From Cyanobacteria bacterium P01_A01_bin.123 (lineage in GTDB: Bacteria; Cyanobacteriota; Cyanobacteriia; Phormidesmidales; Phormidesmidaceae), in assembly GCA_039815185.1 (NCBI GenBank), contig JBCBZT010000013.1:93858-157857 (forward strand): a DNA stretch of 64,000 nt, read 5' to 3'. Below are positions 19,323-28,211 of this stretch, piece after piece. Positions within the stretch are counted from its first letter, which is position 1, and each line of letters opens with the position of its first letter. The position numbers were made by a program, and so were the translations under genes. The notes beneath the pieces were generated by a model. The model worked only from the letters and a program-made list of their open reading frames with translations. It had not been told where the DNA came from and did not search any database.

Positions 19323-21014
19323 ATGGTGTTGCACAACAATCTCTGTTCAAAACTGAGTACGATTGTGGCCCTTGATGCGGTTGATCAATCGGGCATCGAG
19401 TGGAATCAAACCGTCGACCCAGTTGAGCCTGAACCCGCTGAGCCTGAGACCGCGTCGGCAGCCCCCTTTATCGCTGCTAATGGCGATCGCATTCATCGTC
19501 AATCCATTGCTGCCCAACAACAATCTTTGAAGGCAGAAGCTGAGTGGCAAGCGGGGGTTGCTGCGTTGGATGATTTGCTACGGGGTTGTTTGACCGATAG
19601 TCCATCTTCAAATCAGGCTTGTGAATTACAGGGACTGGTGCTGTCGGGGCCGCTACCCATTTTGGAGACGCCTGCGATCGCAGAACAGTTTTCATCCTGG
19701 ATGTTCACGACACAGGGATTTGAGGATCGGCAGTTGGTTCAACGCCAAATTCAACCCGCAGACTTTTTCCCCTGTGCTGGAGGGCGCGAGCTTCAAATTT
19801 TGTCACTGCTCCCGAACGACCCATTGTCGGAGGAGCGCTTTTGTCTGGCCCTAACACCAAAATTCAGTTTGGTGCTGGTGCTAGGCACCGATGATGAAGG
19901 CACAGCCCGATTTCAGTTTTCGTTTTCGCCTGAAACAGTCCACCAGATATGGCAGGTGCTGCGATCGCGGGTCGCGCTCACGAGTTCTCATCATCTCTCC
20001 CCTTTGGATCGCTTGGTTGAGCAATTTTCCCCCGTAGCGCCCCATTATCATCAGGTGGTCACCTTTAGTCGATTATTGCTTAATCACCGTCCAGAAGTTC
20101 CCCGGATAGAGATTCCAGGGGTGTCTTCCTATCTGCGTCGGGACATGGTCGCAGACCCAGCGACTGTCAACTCCGGGGCGATGCCCAAAATTGATGCGCC
20201 TGGCTCAGACGCTAATGTGCCAGCTGGAATGTTGAATAATAGCAGTCAAGGGCGCTCCCAACAGCCCTCTGCTCCGCGATCCTCCCTTAGTCCTGATGCA
20301 GAGCTCTTGCAAGTGATGGCCCACGAGATTCGGACGCCGCTAACCACGATTCGAACCCTGGTGCGATCGCTGCTACGCCGGAAAGACTTAGCGACCGCTG
20401 TGGCTAAACGGCTAAACGCTATCGATCGAGAATGCACCCAGCAAATCGATCGCTTTAGCCTGATTTTCAAGGCCGTTGAGCTAGAGGCCGCAAAGTCTAA
20501 TCGACCGCGATCGCCCCTGACGCTCATTTCCCTGACTCAGGTATTTAAAGACTCTATTCCCCAGTGGGAACAGCAGGCAAATCGACGTGGGTTGACTCTA
20601 GATGTGACCCTACCGCCCCAGCTACCCATGGTGGCCAGTGATCCGACTATGCTGACGCAAGTGCTGACAGGGTTAGTTGAACGCTGTACCAATGGCCTAG
20701 CACCGAATAGCCATATTCACCTGCAGGTCATGCTGGCTGGCCATCAACTCAAACTGCAATTTGCACCCCAAAGCCCCAACGATAGTGAGGCAGGTTCTGC
20801 CCGGGGAACCTTTAGTGGATTCCATCGCCCCAGCTTGAGATCAGTGGGCCAACTGTTGATGTTTCAGCCTGAAACCGGTGGCCTCAGCTTAAACCTAAAC
20901 GCCACAAAAAATCTGTTCCAGTCTATGGGGGGCAAGTTAATTGTGCGCAACCATCCCCAACAGGGTGAAGTGCTCACGGTGTTTTTGCCCCTAGAGACGG
21001 CGCCTATTGTTTAA
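19323..21014 (+). CDS. hik2: Sensor histidine kinase Hik2 (chloroplast sensor kinase homologue)
   Basis: EW..G..AL, GLVLSGP, PNDPL.EE.FC, H-box AHEIRTPLTTIRT and the atypical ATPase region FQPETG.LSLNL. Confidence 0.85.
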   Translation: MVLHNNLCSKLSTIVALDAVDQSGIEWNQTVDPVEPEPAEPETASAAPFIAANGDRIHRQSIAAQQQSLKAEAEWQAGVAALDDLLRGCLTDSPSSNQACELQGLVLSGPLPILETPAIAEQFSSWMFTTQGFEDRQLVQRQIQPADFFPCAGGRELQILSLLPNDPLSEERFCLALTPKFSLVLVLGTDDEGTARFQFSFSPETVHQIWQVLRSRVALTSSHHLSPLDRLVEQFSPVAPHYHQVVTFSRLLLNHRPEVPRIEIPGVSSYLRRDMVADPATVNSGAMPKIDAPGSDANVPAGMLNNSSQGRSQQPSAPRSSLSPDAELLQVMAHEIRTPLTTIRTLVRSLLRRKDLATAVAKRLNAIDRECTQQIDRFSLIFKAVELEAAKSNRPRSPLTLISLTQVFKDSIPQWEQQANRRGLTLDVTLPPQLPMVASDPTMLTQVLTGLVERCTNGLAPNSHIHLQVMLAGHQLKLQFAPQSPNDSEAGSARGTFSGFHRPSLRSVGQLLMFQPETGGLSLNLNATKNLFQSMGGKLIVRNHPQQGEVLTVFLPLETAPIV

Positions 21015-21022
21015 ATCGAGAC

Positions 21023-22276
21023 CTACGAAAGCGGTTCAGTCTTGACTTCAACACTTAGCGATCGCCCGTCTCGCACGCCTTCCAGCGTTAGCGTGTCACC
21101 GACGCGGGAGGCAGCCACAAGACGCTGTAAAGCATCGGCGGCGTCAACGGGTTCACTGTTCACCTGCTGAATTACATCTCCTGGGGTCAACCCAGCGGCG
21201 GCGGCAGGAGAATCGGGCATGACTTCTACAATCAGCACGCCTTCAGTTTCATCGACAGCCAGGTTGAGGTCAGGGGTGTTGTTGATGTCTTGGGTGACTT
21301 CAGGTGTGAGGGTGACCATGCGAATGCCCAAATAGGGATGGTTGGCTTGCCCCGTACTAATAATCTGGTCGGCAATGGCTTTGGCAGTATTAATCGGGAC
21401 TGAAAATCCAATACCCTGGGCACCTTGGATAATGGCGGTATTCATACCCACCACTTCCCCATACTCGTTAAGCAGCGGGCCACCGGAATTACCAGGGTTG
21501 ATGGCAGTATCGGTTTGAATAAACTCTACACGTCTATCGGGGACGCCTACGTCACTACTGTAGCGTCCTGTAGCGCTGACGATCCCAGCAGTGACGGTAT
21601 TATCAAGCCCTAGGGGATTGCCAATGGCGATCGCCCACTGCCCGGACACAATTTGATCAGAATCACTCAACGGGACAGTGGGTAAATCAGCTGCCTCAAC
21701 CTTAACGACGGCCACGTCAGTCAGGGGATCAACACCCAGCACTGTTCCGTCGAAGCTGCGCCCATCTTTCAACGTAATTTGCACCGTACTGGCGCCGTCT
21801 ACAACGTGGGCATTCGTCAAAATATGACCATCATTATCAAAAACGAAGCCTGACCCAACCCCTTGCTGCATGCGCTCTTGTGGGGGCATAGGCACGGGAG
21901 ATCGAAAGAACCGCTCCAACCGGGGATCGTTAAATGCGTTGGTACCCTGTCGCTGCACCGTTCGTGTGGCGTCAATGCGAACGACAGCAGGCCCAGCGGA
22001 TTCGATCACCCGACTAATAAAATTGGGATCGCGAATGGTGTCCTCAACGGTCGGGGCTGGCGCTGATTCTGCTGTTCCAGAGCTTGAAGTTTGGGCTGAT
22101 TCCAGGCGATTTAAGACAGTATCATTGAGATTAGAAGCTACGTATCCCCCAGCCATAGCTAACCCAGCCCCTAACATAACTAACAAAGCTGGGGTCAACC
22201 GTTTTTGCCATCGACGACCTAACGGATCGGGTGTGTGTGTGATGGCATCGTCTAAGTCACCCGTGCTGGTATTCAC
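21023..22276 (-). CDS. HtrA/DegP family serine protease with PDZ (HhoA/HhoB-like)
   Basis: N-terminal TM, GSGF, TNAHVV, DVAV, IQTDTAINPGNSGGPL and a single PDZ (PYLGI). Confidence 0.93.
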   Translation of the reverse strand: MNTSTGDLDDAITHTPDPLGRRWQKRLTPALLVMLGAGLAMAGGYVASNLNDTVLNRLESAQTSSSGTAESAPAPTVEDTIRDPNFISRVIESAGPAVVRIDATRTVQRQGTNAFNDPRLERFFRSPVPMPPQERMQQGVGSGFVFDNDGHILTNAHVVDGASTVQITLKDGRSFDGTVLGVDPLTDVAVVKVEAADLPTVPLSDSDQIVSGQWAIAIGNPLGLDNTVTAGIVSATGRYSSDVGVPDRRVEFIQTDTAINPGNSGGPLLNEYGEVVGMNTAIIQGAQGIGFSVPINTAKAIADQIISTGQANHPYLGIRMVTLTPEVTQDINNTPDLNLAVDETEGVLIVEVMPDSPAAAAGLTPGDVIQQVNSEPVDAADALQRLVAASRVGDTLTLEGVRDGRSLSVEVKTEPLS

Positions 22277-22340
22277 TCAGAAACCTCCTTCATGTTGATG
22301 ATTTCGTTTCGGGTCAACACCTATTACTCTAGAGACGGGA

Positions 22341-22368
22341 TATGACACCGCTGTGATATCGATATGAC
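22341..22368 (-). promoter_or_regulatory. Three hexamer direct repeats at 11-bp spacing upstream of the HtrA gene
   Basis: TATGAC (22341), TGTGAT (22352) and TATGAC (22363). Confidence 0.5.
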
Positions 22369-22585
22369 GGTTTGGCTACAACCTCGTTGCATCAAGGTGT
22401 TACCGTACCCGACTAGAGGGGAAACCCGCACCGCGATCGCAGGTTGTTACAGTTCGGGAAAGTCTGTTGAGTTTCATCTGTAGTGGTGACATTCCCCTCG
22501 AACTCCCTCTGAGTTTGGGAATCAAACAAGACTCATTATTGTGCTAGCTGTAAGTCTTAAAAGTGACCCCTTGAAAGTGACCCCT

Positions 22586-22906
22586 ATGGTGATTGAGTGG
22601 CTAAAGTTTCGAGTCGAGTCCGACCATCGCGAAGCCTTTATTCAGGCTGATGACGCCATTTGGACCACGGCCCTGTCTACCTATCCTGGCTTTTTAGGAA
22701 AAGCTATTTGGTTGGCTCCCGATGACCCAGCAGCACTGATTTTGATTATTCAATGGGCTAGCCGCGCACAGTGGAAAGCCATTCCCGAAGCAGATCTGGC
22801 GGTGATTGAACAGCGTTTTGACCAGGCTTTTGAGTTTGACTATGACATGATCGAATCTAAAGAGTTTCAGGTTCGTCGGTTCGCCACTGTGCCAGCCCAA
22901 ACCTAA
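22586..22906 (+). CDS. TIGR03792-like ABM-fold cyanobacterial protein
   Basis: MVIEWLKFRV...FIQADDAIWT.ALS.YPGFLGK..W...W.SR.QWK.IP. Confidence 0.8.
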   Translation: MVIEWLKFRVESDHREAFIQADDAIWTTALSTYPGFLGKAIWLAPDDPAALILIIQWASRAQWKAIPEADLAVIEQRFDQAFEFDYDMIESKEFQVRRFATVPAQT

Positions 22907-22940
22907 GCTCTCCCCGTACCCTTTTGCCAATTGTTCGGCC

Positions 22941-23291
22941 ATGCCCAATTGTCCCCATTGTCAACAACCCACAGATAGCCAAGCTGTTCGATGTCCCCAC
23001 TGTGGCTTGACGCTCAAAGCCTATGGGCATCCCGGCATGACCCTATATCGAGCTGAAGCGGGGGAAAGCCTGTGCTCCAGTTGCACCTATCATCACGACA
23101 ACACCTGCAACTTCCCCAAACGCCCCAATGCTAAAGACTGTACTCTCTATCAATCGATTGATTCACCTGACTTAGCGGCAGATTTGCAGCCACCGTCTCG
23201 GCGGTTCAAGCCCCGTTGGGATCAAGGAACTCTGGTTTGGCTTACCTTGGCAGGCTTGCTGTTGGTGAGTCTGTTGATTGCCCTAACTTAA
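22941..23291 (+). CDS. Zinc-ribbon protein with C-terminal membrane anchor
   Basis: CPHC...CPHC, LKAYGHPG, CSSC...C...C and a hydrophobic C-terminus. Confidence 0.78.
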   Translation: MPNCPHCQQPTDSQAVRCPHCGLTLKAYGHPGMTLYRAEAGESLCSSCTYHHDNTCNFPKRPNAKDCTLYQSIDSPDLAADLQPPSRRFKPRWDQGTLVWLTLAGLLLVSLLIALT

Positions 23292-25257
23292 GGTCAGCGA
23301 CAGCTTGGGTGTCCTGAATATGGGCTTGGGGCTCGGTGGTGCGATCGCCTTTCAACTCAGAATTAACTTCTTCGTAAACTGCCAGATCAAACCAGAAGGT
23401 AGTGCCCACGCCCACTTCACTGACCAAATGCACACGGCTATTGTGCTTATCGATGATATTTTTGACGATGGATAGCCCCAATCCAGTCCCTTCTAGGGTA
23501 TGCACCCGATTTTCAACGCGAAAGAACCGATCAAAAATGGCGGCTTGATCTTCCGTGGCAATGCCAATCCCGGTATCTGAAATTTCAACTCGCACAAAGC
23601 CAATGCCATCGGGATTGTGGTGCTCTTGGGGGAGTTGATAGGCCCGCAGCGCCATTTGACCCCCTGGTTCGGTGAATTTGAGGGAGTTCCCAACCAAATT
23701 GACAAAGACTTGCAGCAGCAAATCGTAATTGCCCATCACGAATGGCAAATTGGGCTCGACGTTATGTTCTAGGGTGATTTGTTTATCTCTGGCGTTGAGT
23801 TGATAGGTGCGCAAGGTTTGTTCGATTGGCTGGGTAATATCCACTGCTGTGAGCTTATAGAGACGGTTAGATTCCAATCGAGACAGGTCTAACACGTCAT
23901 TAACCAAGCGCGTGAGCCGATCGGTCTCGTGGTTTGCCGTTTCTAAGAATTCTTTGCGTTCATGATCGCTGAGGTCTTCCCCGTACTCATGCAGGGTTTC
24001 AATGAAAGATTTAATGTTGAACAACGGTGTTCTAAGTTCATGGGAGACATTGCTGATGAACTGGCTCTTGGCCTCATTTAATGCCACTTCGCGAGTGATA
24101 TCTTGCACCGTGATGGCAATGCCTTTAACGTTTTCACGGGCCTGATCACGCACCGTAGCCAGCAAAATACGAATCGTTCGCGGGATCGGGTCGCTTAGGG
24201 TGATGCGAAACTCCATCCCTTCTGAATCGCCCTTAGAGGTTTGGTAGAGGGGACGGGTGAGCACGACCCTAACCGCATTGGGTAGGTGTTGCAGAACCGT
24301 CTCCAAAGACAGCTCCTTGCCTTCCCAACCGAAAATGCGGCGGGCGGCGGGATTCACCAGGACAACGTGCATGTTGGTATCTAACAAAATCGCGCCGTCG
24401 GCAATGGTCGAAACCAGGGTTTCTAATTTGGCCTTTTCAGCCGTGAGTTCTTCAATGTTTTGCTCTTCGTAGCGCTCTAGCCGCTCGGCCATGTCATTGA
24501 AGCTGTAGATGAGTTCTCCCAGTTCCCCCCCTAAGGGGATATTAATGCGTTGCTTGAAGTTGCCCGTCGCAATATTTTTGACGCCCACCAGCAGCTCTTT
24601 AATGGGTTGGGTAATGGTGAGGGCATTGAACACCGCCCCTAAAATCACCATCACCCAAATCGAGACGAACACGGCCACGGTGACATCACGGGTGAGATGG
24701 GAAGACGTGACCACTGTAGGATTTGGGTTGATGCCTAGGGCTAATACCCCCAGATACTGCCCTTCATAGTTGAGTGGTACAAACACATCGGTGACTTCCC
24801 CGGCGGGGGTAATGTGCTGGCGTACCATGGGTAAATTGGCACTGCGCACATAATTTTCAGGCAGTTGCATCCGTCGTCGAATGGTCAAAGAATTTTGCAC
24901 TGCCGCTTCTGAAAAGGGAATGCCAAAAAAGATTTCGCCGTCTTCATCGGCATAAAGCATGTAGCGGACGCTAGAGGTGCTCTGATAAAAGCTGTATGAA
25001 AATCGTGCCAGTTCTGTACGGTCGCCTTCGTACACGAGGGGAGCAACATTCGCCGCAAGTAACAGCCCCAAATCTCGACCAAACCGGGTGTCATTCAGAC
25101 GGGCATCTTGCTGAATAGTGTTGACTGCCCAAAAAGTTAACCCGCTCATAATTAAAGACACCACCAGAGTCGCCCCAGCCATCAGGCGAGTCTGGAGAGT
25201 AAAGTCTCCCCACCAGCGGACGATAAGTTCTTTAAGCTTTTTAAGTAAGGTGATCAA
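23242..25257 (-). CDS. nblS: Sensor histidine kinase NblS/Hik33 (TM-HAMP-PAS-HisKA-HATPase)
   Basis: FTLQTRLMA, NDTRFGRDLGLLLAANV, SNVSHELRTPLFNIKSFIETL and FFRVENRVHTLEGTGLGL. Lies downstream of purD. Confidence 0.95.
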   Translation of the reverse strand: MITLLKKLKELIVRWWGDFTLQTRLMAGATLVVSLIMSGLTFWAVNTIQQDARLNDTRFGRDLGLLLAANVAPLVYEGDRTELARFSYSFYQSTSSVRYMLYADEDGEIFFGIPFSEAAVQNSLTIRRRMQLPENYVRSANLPMVRQHITPAGEVTDVFVPLNYEGQYLGVLALGINPNPTVVTSSHLTRDVTVAVFVSIWVMVILGAVFNALTITQPIKELLVGVKNIATGNFKQRINIPLGGELGELIYSFNDMAERLERYEEQNIEELTAEKAKLETLVSTIADGAILLDTNMHVVLVNPAARRIFGWEGKELSLETVLQHLPNAVRVVLTRPLYQTSKGDSEGMEFRITLSDPIPRTIRILLATVRDQARENVKGIAITVQDITREVALNEAKSQFISNVSHELRTPLFNIKSFIETLHEYGEDLSDHERKEFLETANHETDRLTRLVNDVLDLSRLESNRLYKLTAVDITQPIEQTLRTYQLNARDKQITLEHNVEPNLPFVMGNYDLLLQVFVNLVGNSLKFTEPGGQMALRAYQLPQEHHNPDGIGFVRVEISDTGIGIATEDQAAIFDRFFRVENRVHTLEGTGLGLSIVKNIIDKHNSRVHLVSEVGVGTTFWFDLAVYEEVNSELKGDRTTEPQAHIQDTQAVADLKLGQSTDSPTASLPR

Positions 25258-25326
25258 GGCAGTCTATCTATCGAGCGATCGCGCACGGCTGATACAGCAA
25301 CGTTAGTCCCTATTGTGGCACGAAGA

Positions 25327-26628
25327 TCAACGCCGCTCGCCCCTCGCCTCCCTGCTCGCTTCAACCCGATACCCAATATCTCGCCGATAGTAGCTGTGCT
25401 CAAACTGGATTTGCGCCACGGCGTGATAGGCATTATCAATTGCTGCAGCAAAGTTTTCTCCTAATGCCGTCACGCCCAAAACCCGACCCCCGTTGGCTAC
25501 GACCTGGTTTTCATTGAACCGAGTTCCAGCATGAAACACCATGGCTCCGCTTTCCTCAGCGACAGCAATACCTGCGATCGCCATCCCTTTGGGATAGGTG
25601 TCAGGATATCCTGCCGCCGCCATCACCACACAAGCCGCCGCCTCTTGCTTCCAAACCAAGGGGGGATAAGCCTCAAGGCGTTTTTGGCAGCAGGCCAACA
25701 GGACTTGCTCCAAGGGCATGTCTAGCAGTGGCAGGATCACTTGGGTTTCTGGATCCCCAAAGCGGCAATTAAATTCAATGACCTTGGGGTCACCGTTAGG
25801 GGTAATCATCAATCCGGCATAGATCACGCCGCAGTAATCAATCTCCCGCTGTTTTAGCGCATCTAGGGTCGGGGCTAAAATCTCCTGCTGAATTCGATCA
25901 AGCATTGGGGTGTCGACTACTGGGGTCGGGGCATAAGCACCCATACCACCGGTATTGGCCCCGGTATCGCCTTCACCAATAGGTTTGTGGTCTTGGGCAG
26001 GGAGCAGCGGGCGAATCGTAATACCATCGGTAATGGCCAATACTGACGCCTCTTGACCCACTAAAAATTCTTCTAAGACAACCCGCTGCCCCGCTGCTCC
26101 AAAGGCACCCTCAAAGGCAGCCGTGATCGCGGCATTGGCTTCGGGGACAGTTTGGGCCACAGTTACCCCTTTGCCAGCAGCCAGCCCGTCGGCTTTGACC
26201 ACAATGGGTGCACCCTGCTCGGCAACATAGGCCAAGGCTGTCTCTAGGCGAGTAAACACTGCCGCCGCTGCCGTGGGAATATTCGCTTTGGCCATCAGAT
26301 CCTTAGCCCAAGCTTTGCTCGCTTCCAACTGGGCACCCGCTTGACAGGGACCGAACACGGTAATGCCTTTATCCCTGAGAAAGTCAGTGATGCCGTCGGC
26401 TAGGGGTTGTTCAGGGCCAATCACCACTAAGGTGATGTTGTTGACCAAACAAAACCGGGCAATGCCCTCAAAGTCATCAACAGATAGGGCTAAATTACGG
26501 CAGCCTGCGAGTGTTGCGGTGCCTCCATTGCCAGGGACACAAATCACAGTGTCGATTGCCTCAGACTGGAGTAATTTCCATGCGATCGCATGTTCTCGCG
26601 CCCCACTCCCCACTACCAAAACTTTCAC
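25327..26628 (-). CDS. purD: Phosphoribosylamine--glycine ligase
   Basis: VGSGAREHA, PGNGG, KADGLAAGKGV, QDHK, NTGGMGAY and EFNCRFGDPETQ. Confidence 0.97.
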   Translation of the reverse strand: MKVLVVGSGAREHAIAWKLLQSEAIDTVICVPGNGGTATLAGCRNLALSVDDFEGIARFCLVNNITLVVIGPEQPLADGITDFLRDKGITVFGPCQAGAQLEASKAWAKDLMAKANIPTAAAAVFTRLETALAYVAEQGAPIVVKADGLAAGKGVTVAQTVPEANAAITAAFEGAFGAAGQRVVLEEFLVGQEASVLAITDGITIRPLLPAQDHKPIGEGDTGANTGGMGAYAPTPVVDTPMLDRIQQEILAPTLDALKQREIDYCGVIYAGLMITPNGDPKVIEFNCRFGDPETQVILPLLDMPLEQVLLACCQKRLEAYPPLVWKQEAAACVVMAAAGYPDTYPKGMAIAGIAVAEESGAMVFHAGTRFNENQVVANGGRVLGVTALGENFAAAIDNAYHAVAQIQFEHSYYRRDIGYRVEASREARGERR

Positions 26629-26849
26629 AGTTAGGCATCATCCCATATCTTGACAGCGCCCATTATTTTCCCACGTTTCGCTAAAGCCGCTCGGAATTCC
26701 CTCAATGCCACAGAATTAAGAAGCATTCGGCTCCCTTTAAACTGAACAGTAGGTTTAAGCATTGGTGTATCTAGAGTCTTCCTTCGGCTAAAACTCAAGT
26801 TTTCAAATCGGATATGGTTGATTTGCCCTAGCTTCCCCGGACATAGACT

Positions 26850-27887
26850 ATGACTGAGCCCTCTCTGGTACCTTCCCTAGAAGGTGTAATCCGCAATCCA
26901 ACACTAGTCTCAATTTTGGTGCCATGCTACAACGAGGAACCTAACCTTGACTATTTGTTTGAGCGCTTAGATAAGGTGATGACCCAGGTTGAGATCCCTT
27001 ATGAAGTGGTTTGTGTGAATGATGGTAGCCGCGATCGCACGCTGGAAAAACTGATCGAGCACCACCACTGCAACTCAGCGATTAAGGTCGTTAACTTCTC
27101 CCGCAACTTTGGTAAAGAAGTCGCCCTCAGTGCTGCCATTGACTATGCCAATGGTGATGTGGTCGTCCCCATTGATGCTGACTTACAAGATCCGCCTGAG
27201 TTGATTGAGGCGCTGATTGGTAAATGGCAGGAAGGCTATGATGTGGTTTATGCTACCCGGCGATCGCGCTCTGGCGAGAGTTGGTTCAAAAAGTTCACGG
27301 CCGGCGGTTTTTATCGCATCATTGGCCGTATGAGTTCGGTGCCGATCCCCCCCAATACGGGTGATTTTCGGTTGCTAGATCGGCAGGCGGTGGAAGCCCT
27401 CAAGCAACTCCCTGAACGAAACCGATTTATGAAAGGGCTATTTGCCTGGGTCGGATTTCGCCAAACTGCAATTTTCTATGACCGCGCTGAACGCTACCGG
27501 GGCACTACAAAATGGAACTACTGGCGACTGTGGAACTTAGCGGTTGACGGCATTACGGCCTTTAGCGTAACGCCCCTCAGAATCTGGCTTTACGTCGGCT
27601 GCGGAATTTCTGCCCTAGCGCTGGTCTACGCTTCCTTCCTCGTGATTAGAACCCTGCTCCTAGGCATTGATGTACCGGGCTATGCGTCTTTGATGGTGGC
27701 AGTCTTGTTTATGGGGGGTATTCAACTCTTGACTCTAGGTATCATTGGAGAATATCTTGGGCGCGTCTATGAAGAAGTCAAAGCCCGCCCTTTATACTTA
27801 GTTCGAGAGACCTATGGTTTTGAAATCTCGACTCAAGCCAATCAAAGCAGTCATCAGACTGCTGTAATAACCCCGGAGAAGACTTGA
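26850..27887 (+). CDS. Glycosyltransferase family 2 (GtrB-like polyprenol-phosphate glycosyltransferase)
   Basis: VPCYNEE, VNDGS, SRNFGKE, DADLQDPPE, GDFRL, RFMKGL and two C-terminal TMs. Confidence 0.92.
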   Translation: MTEPSLVPSLEGVIRNPTLVSILVPCYNEEPNLDYLFERLDKVMTQVEIPYEVVCVNDGSRDRTLEKLIEHHHCNSAIKVVNFSRNFGKEVALSAAIDYANGDVVVPIDADLQDPPELIEALIGKWQEGYDVVYATRRSRSGESWFKKFTAGGFYRIIGRMSSVPIPPNTGDFRLLDRQAVEALKQLPERNRFMKGLFAWVGFRQTAIFYDRAERYRGTTKWNYWRLWNLAVDGITAFSVTPLRIWLYVGCGISALALVYASFLVIRTLLLGIDVPGYASLMVAVLFMGGIQLLTLGIIGEYLGRVYEEVKARPLYLVRETYGFEISTQANQSSHQTAVITPEKT

Positions 27888-28211
27888 GCTCAAGTCTTCT
27901 TGAGTTCAAAGCGAAGTGAAACCTTAACCCTATCCAGATCCATTATTCTCCCTAAGCTAAAATTTCCCTTTCGGAGACGCTGCAGAACAGATTTTCAAAT
28001 CAGATGGGCCTTAGGCAATTCACGGAGTTCCGGAAACGTTGAGAGTTTAGTATTTTTTTATCAAAAAGGCCGGATAGCTTCCGCTAGGGTTGGAGTAACA
28101 ATATAGGTACTTCGTTATCCCTGGCCTAATGCGATATTAAAAGCACAGATATACTGGTGAACCCCCGCTGGTTATATCCTGTCCTTAGTTGATTTCGTTG
28201 GCGTTCATCCC

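Noticed and set aside
23242..23291. 50-bp convergent overlap between nblS and the zinc-ribbon gene
   Set aside because: Short tail-to-tail overlaps are common, and this one involves the non-conserved NblS tail.
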